This document shows, one piece after another, positions 53,514 to 64,000 of a stretch of 64,000 bases of DNA. Each line of letters opens with the position of its first letter. Position 1 is the first letter of the stretch. The stretch is from assembly GCF_009914755.1 (NCBI RefSeq), contig NC_060932.1; one strand, 5' to 3'. Below the pieces are notes generated by a model. That model searched no databases, had not been told where the DNA came from, and was given only the letters and a program-made list of their open reading frames with translations. A program made the translations under genes and the position numbers. The stretch is from the human T2T-CHM13v2.0 reference genome, Homo sapiens.

Positions 53514-53875
53514 AGTCTGGGAGCAGTGGCTCCCACCTGTAAACCCAGCACTTTGGGAGGCCAAAGCAGGAGAAGCCCCTGAGCCTAGGAGTATTAGACC
53601 ATGTGGGCAACATGGGCACACTCTTCTCTATAAAAAATAAAATTTTAAAAAAACTAGCTGGGCATGGCAGGGCATACTTGTAGTCCCAGCTACTCAGAAG
53701 GCTGAGGTGGACAGATGGCTTGATCTCAGGAGTTCGGGGTTGCAGTGAACTATAGTCATGCCACTGCACTCCAGCCTGGGCTATTAACAGAGCAAGACCA
53801 TGTCGGAAAAAAAAGAAGAGAAGAGGAGAAGAGAAAAGAAAAAAAGAAAAGAAACGTAGAAAAGAAAAAAGAAAA
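53514..53875 (+). mobile_element. AluJ with purine-rich expanded tail
   Basis: ttgagcctaggagt, gtgaactatagtcatgccactg; (GAAAA)-type tail; preceded by an antisense L2 3' end at 53435-53510. Confidence 0.9.
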
Positions 53876-55331
53876 GTATGAATATCTGTTTTCCATGCCA
53901 AGAAGAATAATGTTGTTAGTTTCATAAAGCTCAGAGGAAATGAAGGGATAATCACAAATTATGTAGCCCATAAGAGGCACATTTGGAGCCGATGTGGGGC
54001 TATCGCTGTATAATAATCTCCTTTGTTTGGCTGGTGATCTACTTCTCAGGGCAGCAAATCCTGCAGGGTATAAAATATTTGAAAATATTTTTACTTTCTT
54101 TTTGCTTGCTTAACGTTCTAGATTAAACCAGAGAAGACAACTAATAGAATATCATTCTCTTAGTTGTACCTGTATACTGTTCATGTGCTATCTTAACTTT
54201 TATTACTATAATGCTACTTGAAGAAAAAGTCAACATGTTAATGAAGCTGCCAAAGTCTTAATGAGCATTCTGTCCTTCTGGCAAGCAAATGAAATTATTA
54301 TTTTGGAGAAAACAAATATCTTAACCCAGAAATCCATAACCAAACATGAAGATAGACTACGTCTTCCATCATTTTGTAATATTACAACGTGGTTTTTTGT
54401 GGGGATGTGGAAAAAAAGTTTCATTTTTTTAAACTCTTTTTTTTTTTTTTTCCAACTTGCTCTTTGAACATTAACTTTTAAGCTGTTTCACTCTCTAGGA
54501 AACCAAAAAGGAGGCAGAAAAAATGGTGAAATCATGGAAGCATGTGCACGTTTTTGAAATATTTGTTTTATTTTTAAAAATGAATTATAATTGAAATTGT
54601 TCCTGCTTATCACTAACATTTTAGAAATGCATTCTTCTGGGTTTAGTTCTATTATTCATTTACTGAGGTATCAGTTTACTCATTTATCTGCTTGTTCTTT
54701 ATCCATTCACATACCCGCATTTGAATAATTTAAATGAGGTCCACCACATATTGTAAAATACAAATTAGCCTATAAAAACAAAATGTCAAAGAGGGAAATG
54801 GATCAGGACATAATTGAGGGTCAAACATGAGGCTTTTGTGGTTTAAATACTATGGGTCAGGTCACACAAAGCACCCTTCTGTCCAGTTCAAAGAGGAACG
54901 AGATTATGGCTTTATCTATGATACACATCAGGAGGATCTGCAGAGGAAATTGTGTAGTAGGTGAAGTGTAAGTAGATGATAATGGAAAAAGAGAACAGAT
55001 ATTCAGTGAACGTGACAATTCTAATATACAATCATTTGTGCAACTCACATTTTTTGAGCCCTGACCTTGGCTTAGGATCTGTGAGCTCCCGGTCTGGGCC
55101 TTCTCCCATGCGTCTCCCGCCTCCCGACTCTGGGGCGGCTTCTCCAAGCTCCTCCATACTTCCTACTCCCCAGCACCATGTTTCTCAAGCTCAGCTCTTA
55201 ACAACGCCTCTGTCACATGCTTTCACTTTTATATCGCACACCAGTCTTTACATATTTAAAAGGATAATTTGAGTATAAGAAGTTACAGGGCATCTTTTTA
55301 AAAACTGACTTAAAAAATTCTTATAGTTTCT

Positions 55332-55667
<336 letters not shown>

Positions 55668-57297
55668 AGAGTTCCCATAGTTTTTGTCTCTTTTAATCTA
55701 AAAATAATCTGACCAAATGCTCCAAATCACAGCATCTCACTTGTAATTTATGTTTTTGCCATGCTTTCTCTTATTTGACTTATATCCTAGTACAGCAGGT
55801 AAGTTTCTTTATATGATATACCTGAACACAGAATGTTTTGAAACTGCAGCGGGAACACACGCAAACTTAGGTATGTCTTCAGTTTTGTGATTGGAATAGC
55901 TGCAGGAACTCTGACCTGTTAGCACCTTCTGGCATTATACACCAAGTGATGTAGAGAAAAACTTACTATATTGTGAGGTATATAACGTGTGATCTGCCTT
56001 CATTCCTTTTATTATTTAGATGTATGGGTATTCCCTGAAGCCCTGTACTAGCCATTTGATCATGTGGTACTTGAACATTTACGAAATAATAAAGGGTGTG
56101 TTAATCACAGTATGTGCGTGAAGCTATTTCAAGCCTTTGCAAGGAGCCTTCTGGGCATCTCAGGGAATGTGTTTCAGGATGATCATCTTATTAGACAACA
56201 GTGCTGGAGCTAAGTGGAAACACAGGTTGTTCAAAATGATAATGATAGAAACTTACAGACATTTTTTACAGCGTATCTTCTTGTATGTTGCCTTTACTTG
56301 TGAATTTTTCTTTCAATCATGGAATCTATTTCTAAGAAAATTTTATTTCCTCTCCTCACATTCTGGAAACAGCAAATCCTAAGTGCCATCTAATAAGGAA
56401 TTTAGCAAATGTTACTCTGCAAACCTTTAAAGTACATTAAACTTTCCAAATGTAATTGACACCCTTTCCTCATCACGCTACTACTTAAAAGCATGGCGTG
56501 AATGTCTTCTATGCACCAGACAGAAGACTAGATAGTCCCTCAATGCTAGTGAGAAATACAATTTTCAACACAGGGGCGAATATTATTTATGCCTTTAAAG
56601 ACTGATTCTTATAAATATTGAGAAAATTTAAAAATTAGCATTTAAGTATGCCAATTAGGAAAGCATTTTTAGTCTTGAGGATTTAATTACTGATAAAGCA
56701 AAAAAGTTATTTTAAATATGGTATATAACATTAATGGAAATATTAATATGCACTGATTAATTGATTATAAATCAAGAAGTTATGATAAAACTTTTTATAA
56801 AGATAAATTTAATAAGATATATTTCTTTTTAAGGATAAATTTAATTCATTTTTATAATTAATTGATTTAAAATCAAGAAGTGATAAAAACATATGTAGAA
56901 ACTAGAAAATTACAATTTATTATTTTTACTGAATTAAAATTACCTTGCAATCGTAACATTGTCATAAAATGACACACTTTTATACCTAATGTTTATACAA
57001 AGCTCATATCACAACAGTCCTCTAGACTTAGATTATTCCTCTGGAATAAATGGATAATACTATCCTCTTAATATTGTATGATTTAAATTCTTTTAAAAAT
57101 ATATTAAATTATCTGAAAATTATAAATTGTACAATTCCCATTTTAAAAAAGAGGAAAAGATAATTCAGAAATCAAACAAAATTGAACATGAACAAACTCA
57201 AAGGCTACAAAGTCTCCAAGAAGCTAATAATTAAAAATTGCATCTCTTCTTGCCCATAATAGTCTCTGTATTTCACTAAGTTATCATTTTCTCTGCC

Positions 57298-57490
57298 TAT
57301 AAGCATGAAAGTCATTGTCTCAATTAAGGAGATTTTCTTTACCAAGTAAGCTATTGAAGAAAAAAGGATTCTGAGTTATAAGCATAAAAGTTATATAAGT
57401 ATAAAACTTATATGAGCATAAAAGTCATCCTTTCAATTAAGGAAACATTTTTAACCGGGTAAGCCACTGAAGAACAAGGATTCTGATTAT
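57298..57490. repeat. Diverged duplication of about 80 bp with a stuttered spacer
   Basis: 57298-57379 vs 57411-57490 share aaagtcat..tcaattaagga..tttt..acc..gtaagc...tgaagaa.aaggattctga.ttat. Confidence 0.85.
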
Positions 57491-58997
57491 CTAGACTCCA
57501 CTGTACACAGTTTCAGTTTATTTTCCCCAAGTGCCAAATATTCCCACAGGTGATCTTTGACACAGATTTAAATTAAAAATGACATTTTAAAAGTCTAGCC
57601 CCATATGCGTTCATTATTAAGATTTTGTTCTTGCTTTGTGAAGACAATAGGAAATCTATCCTAGGCAGAAATTTCTACTAAAGGTATCTATAAAAACGCT
57701 TTGAGATCATAATTTACTCAGGCACCATTTGTAACACAAAATCTGTTTTATGTAACATTCTTGATAATAAACAAATAATAAATAAAGTGAAAGCAAACTT
57801 CAAAAAAGAAAAAGATTGCTGCGATATTCATGGGAGCATTTCCTGCGTATGTAGTAAAGCCCGGTCTTTCATGATGAAGGCATCAGCTTTGATAATGGTG
57901 CACTGGGTTTTTAATATTTCCCCCTAGAAATGCTATTAAATAAATAAGGCAGCATCATGAGGAAGAGATGTCCCTTTAGTCCTAAAACAGCGCATCCTGC
58001 CTTACGACTTCTTGAGTCATTGCTCAAAAACGAATGGGCTTGGGCGCTTTCTTCCTCAAATACCACATATTGAAAGGAAAAGCAATGCAGCAAAACATCA
58101 CAAAGTTGCACAAAGACATGCGTGCTTGTGTCATCTTATTTCCTCAGAGTTCCTGGACATGTGAGAAGGTGCACGGACCATCATTCTCAGAGATAACTTG
58201 AGCTTGGACTCAGACCCAGCCAGGACCGTCCTCCTCTTTCTGTGTCCAGCCCACGCCTGAGCACCTACTTCATAGACCTGCTCTGCTGAGGTGGTTTGAA
58301 TATACCACATTCCAGAATGGGATTGCTTTGCACCTGTCAAGATTTTCTTCTGTTCACTCCAGATTTGGTCATGATGAGGTTCTTCTGTCCTGGAACTGCC
58401 CTACACATTCAACTTGGGATTTTGTTCCAGCAGTGACAGATATGCAGGATTAAGATCCCAAGTACAGTGCACTAGAGCAGAGTCAGGCAGCACGGGCGTT
58501 GTCACCACGCAGTCCTGAATTCAAGGTCTACCACCCTCACCTCTCAGCTGGGTGATGTGAGAGGGAGCATGGATCTCCTTGGATGTCACCCCCTGTTTAT
58601 GACAGCCAGCATGCAGGAACCCCTATATTAACGTAATAGGCTAATCGCAGGTAAGCAAAGTGTAGGGGTCATGATTTCACACAAGGAGTAAGCAATGAAA
58701 TCCATGCTATGAAGAGGAAAGGAGAGGATGATTGGCTGAAAAGGAGAGCATGGACATTCAATTGCAGTTAGATATGGAAATCAGAGCAGCTGGGTGGGGA
58801 GTGTGGTGCAGAGGTGCGGCCCTTTCTTGCAGACTCTTCGGGTTGGACTCAAGGCTGGACACTCTCAGAGGCTGGCATCTATGTTTCCACAATATTCATA
58901 TTTTTAAAAACATTGAGGGCAATGAGTTTCTTTTCACATTTTACATGTTGTGATAAAACAGACATGATTTCTATTATTCAAGCTGTAAAACAACTGA

Positions 58998-59345
<348 letters not shown>

Positions 59346-61074
59346 TCAGTGTTTTGAATATTGTAATTGTAATAATTACGAGTTTGAGGAATGCATGAAA
59401 AACAAAGGTTCCAAATCCATGGCTCTCACCCAGATAAGCCAATTAAATATGTTGGAAAGAACGTGTGGTGTTTACTTAGCAAGATTTTCAGTAATATATG
59501 ACATCCTATACTCCATGGTTCCTAAGTAGCTTGAAAATATCTCGCTGGTCTCTTTGTCCAACTTAAGGTGAATGAATGCCTCGTAACTGAACATTATGCA
59601 ATAGAAGTACCTGGGGTGTACATTTTAAAATTCAGAAAATTTTCTATTATAAACATAAAATTCGTATTTCAATTTAAAAATATTAAAATCTACTAAGTAA
59701 ACAAAAAATAAAGTTTAAATTTAGTAGCACATATGGTATATTGTTTCATTTTTAAATACTAAAGCTATGTGCGTATGATTTTGTATGTGTGTAAGTGAAT
59801 ATACATAGATTTCATCGTAGACAAACTGCAATAATTTTGATAGCAAAACAAAAGCTATATGAATATCACAATAGTATAGTATATGTATAGCAACCTAAGT
59901 CAGACAGAAACTTAATATTTTGAAATAAAATCAACATCAAATGTAAATATAATCTTAAAACCGCAGTTTAAGAAATGAAGGTATAGATGTTAACTGACAC
60001 TCGGAAGAATTTCTAACTCATTGTATCCCAAATTTCCTCCCTTTCAGAAGAAAAAGAAGAAAAAGTTCGTTGGATTTAAAGGTATTAAGTCAAACAGAAT
60101 GAGTTGAAGCATCCCCAGAATGCACAAAGAAACTTCATGCTTTGCATAAATTACTTTCATTGATAGCACAGCATGAGGTGCTTGCTTGAATAACTTTTTT
60201 GTCAACAGTAAAAAGAACCTGCTTTCAGAAAAAAAAGTTTTGCGTAAAATTCACCCAAGAGGGTGAAGACCAATTTTCATCTTAACAAGTAAACATTAAA
60301 GGCATTTATTTTTTTAAAGACTGTATAAATGAGAGTGATTTACTAAATTATACTTTTTGTGGCTATCCCTCCTTTGGGGCTTAGAGCTCACAGGCTGCTT
60401 TAGGGAGCGTTCCACAGTCACGCGGCCATAAGTCTCATTGTGTCACCGTGACTTATTTGAGCACTGGTACAACTTAATTCACATTTGTTTGTATTAATTC
60501 CAACGTATAATTTAGCATAGCTCCTGTTTTTTGACTGAGGCCTTAATCAGCCAGTGGAAGGAGACACAGGTGCTGGTATGCCTCATTTTGCCGCATTTGT
60601 ATTCTCTTTCTAGCCTGCCATACTCCAAGCTCTCATAGGAAGAAATGAGCACCACCAGGAAATAAATACACTGGAGAAGTCTTGCAGGTTAATTCTCTGA
60701 TCCACTTAAATCCCAATTGTAATGTTTTAGCTAGTTGCAAAGAAATATTTAAATTTGCTATTCAAGTTGAGGTGTCTCTATATTTTTACTTTTAAATGGA
60801 CCATAGTTATTAAATAAACGCTTCAAAATCCATTGCAATGTACTTGCGTGACACATACATTGTCCTGTATCCTTCATAAAGGACTAATGTATCCAACAAT
60901 TATTTGCTGACAATCTGTTAAGCTCACAAATGAAATAATACACGGTTATTCACTTAGTGGGGTTTCCACTTTTGAAAAAGTGTGATTGCATATTATGCCT
61001 ACTTTTAAAAAGTTCAATACAATTAAGTTCTTAAATATTTGTCTTCATTTTGGGGGTTTATCCTCGTCATGTAA

Positions 61075-61240
61075 TTCTTGGAGAGTCACAGCAAACTCTC
61101 TAGGCCACGGTTTTTTCTGTGTATAAAGTAGGTGATAGTTTCTACACAATGTGCTTGTAAATATTGAGATAAAATCCATAAAGCACTCGCCGCAGTAGCT
61201 GACTTAGTAAATGGATAACTTCAGGCTATTATTATTGTAA
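61075..61240 (+). mobile_element. MIR
   Basis: ctctctaggccacggttttttctgtgtataaagtagg...aaagcactc...gctattattatt. Confidence 0.7.
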
Positions 61241-61708
61241 TTGTGTTATTAATATTTTAATAGTTTCTTGCTTTTTAACAGTAAGAGTTCATAACAAAAG
61301 ACCAGGAGACAAGGGCGGAAGGAGGGGCTGAACTTGAACAGAGACGGCAAATGCTTTCCACTCAGCCTTTGGTCTCCTCCCTTAAACAGGGAACTCAGGT
61401 CTCTAAGCATGGGTTTCTGAAATGCTACCATGAAGATAATGTTCTTTCATGCTTAAATAAGACAATGTTTTGAAGAGTTTGTGTGAACAAGTGTTCTACA
61501 AATACATTGCCTTAGAGACATGGTTTTCGTGATGGCCTTCGGAAAAAGGGTAGAATGTTTATGGGTAGAATTCTCTGTTTGAGTAGACGATATCACAAAA
61601 CCAAAGTAAAGTTGAAAAACTATGGTTCGGCTGAAACAATAGAGCCTGAACAACTAGGTCAGGAAAGAGAGGTCTTTCAATTCCAGGCCTTAGTGTTAAT
61701 GGTTATGA

Positions 61709-62030
<322 letters not shown>

Positions 62031-62729
62031 AATGGTTATGATTTTATAAGAAATAAGAACTGTCAAGGTCTTTTGAGAAAGCATAATTTAGCGAGAATAA
62101 AATGTTAATATGAAGCATAGATTCAATTTTAGAAAGAAGCAGAAGACACTGGTGAGAGAATGAATGACTCTAGAATAAAATAACGAATGTCCAGGAGTAG
62201 GGACTACGAATGTACTTCATAATTTAGGGAATAGGCTCCCATCCATGCTACTTATAATATCTCAGTTAATAGGACGGCAAAGGAGAAAATGTCTAAGGTA
62301 CCACGGTATAAAATATGCCAGATTGCCAGCTCATTGGCTAAATGATTTCCGCCCATATTTAATCAATATTGCAAAGATACTTAAACTGAATGCAGAGGGG
62401 CTTGGACAGTAACTGATGGAGAAGAGGGAAAGAAATAGCATCTTGCTCAGTCATCATTCACTCTCCCAAATTTATAAACATCCAAGTCTTGCGTCTTGAA
62501 AACAATTCTGATAAATATATAATACATATATATCAGGTATTATATATAATTACCTACATATATTTTTTATAGATATATGTTTCCATTTCTGTTATTTATT
62601 TATTGGGAGAAACAGGAGAATCAGTTCCTGGGAGAAAATTGTATTCTTTTGTTTCAGGTTTATTTTCTTGCCAATTTCTTTTCTGTAAACATTGGTTTGC
62701 AGTTTTTGGCATGCACTACTCATATTCAT

Positions 62730-62830
62730 TATTTTTTCAATTAGCCTGCAAGGTCTTTGAGGGCAAAGACCATGTGCTGTGTTTCATGCTATCTGCCACC
62801 ACAGCGTATGCCATGCCTGGCAGGCTGCAG
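62730..62830 (+). mobile_element. L2 3' fragment
   Basis: ttagcctgcaaggtctttgagggcaaagaccatgt...ccatgcctggca. Confidence 0.6.
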
Positions 62831-62835
62831 GCATT

Positions 62836-62884
62836 CACACACACAGACACACACACACACACACACACACACGCGCACACACAC
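62836..62884. repeat. (CA)n microsatellite
   Basis: Seen directly. Confidence 0.95.
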
Positions 62885-64000
62885 TGATTTATAGGTCTTA
62901 CATTAAATCCCAAGAAATAATGTATTTTCTATTTTAATCAATTCTGTACAGACACTAAGCTCTATTATGCTGCATACAACACACTGGATGTATCAGATTT
63001 TCAGTATGACTTGAATGCCGATGAATTAAAAGGTTGGTCTTTATGATCAAGAGATAATTCAAATTCTCCATTCTGTTTTCAGGAGTGGAGGGTACATCTT
63101 CCATTGTAGAGTGTCAACTGGTGAAATAATCTCCAAGGCCGTTTTAGTTGAGGTAATCCAGATATTGAAATCAGACATGAGCAAGCTATTCTAACAAGGA
63201 AAGAAAGCCATGATTTTCATAGAGAAACGGACTAATTTTGTCTATTTGCATCTTTCTGTTACTTAAAATGTTTATGTATTCCTTTTCACTTTCTAACTTG
63301 ATTCTCTCTACTGCTTTGCTCTCCCCCACTTCAGCTATTTTCCTATTCTGATCTAATTCTCCTGCTTTTTTAATTCTCTCTCTACACTGTTCTTGTTCCC
63401 TTTGTTCCTTCCCTTACACCTGAATGGAAATGATGGTACGGCTTCTCCATTCCGACCCTGAACTTGTAAACATGGAACTGCAGGCTCATTATTCTCTAGG
63501 GAGGTTGTCATTCAACCTGTATCACCTGATGCTTTCAAAGTCCTCATTCAGGATCTTTGTTAAAAGGAAAAAAAAAACAGGTGGAAAGTTGTTGAAATAC
63601 ATGTGTTGCGGACTTGGATGGAGAATTAAAGAGAAATGAAATAAATGAAGCATGAGTGAGTTCAGCAAATATCACCAGCTTGACCTCTGTGTAGAGTCAG
63701 ACGGTTCACAACTGATTTATTTTTACGTGCATTACTCACATTTCCCCTCCATTCCCTGCCTACAATTGTCCTTGTCAATACGTACTGGGGTGAGCTTCAA
63801 AGGGAAAATAAGGGAAGTGGGCAAGAGATGAGTCCAACAAAGGCCAAGAAGAAAGAACCTAATTTAATATTACGTGTGAACTAACTACCTTAATCTACAT
63901 ACCCAATTTGCTTGAGAATATACGCTTATAGATAAGGAAAGTAACTTATGATGACAGCATTTCCCTTGCTCGCTTAAGAATGTGCCACAATTGGCCGGGC

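Overview
AT-rich primate (very likely human) genomic DNA that reads as intronic or intergenic. I recognise no protein-coding gene, RNA gene or CRISPR-type array. The ORF track is explained by Alu, L1 and Tigger remnants or by chance ORFs. The window is dominated by transposon fossils: 15 Alus, a near-full-length old L1M (about 13.8-21.3 kb, minus strand) carrying a nested stack of younger insertions, several other L1, L2 and MIR pieces, four intact solo LTRs (LTR18B-, THE1A-, LTR10C- and MER50-like), a near-full-length Tigger1, MER1A and MER5A copies. Repeat subfamily names come from recalled consensus sequences and need RepeatMasker/Dfam confirmation. The best unexplained signals are: (i) inverted, templated filler DNA at deletion junctions inside old L1s; (ii) many short local duplications; (iii) LTR termini that read CG instead of TG/CA, hinting at AT-to-GC biased fixation; (iv) an LTR10C promoter with three tandem p53-like half-sites; (v) an Alu inserted just behind the TATA region of a MER50 LTR; (vi) a few well-formed cryptic exon, microexon or recursive-splice candidates. 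I cannot support a claim of a new biological system from this sequence alone.
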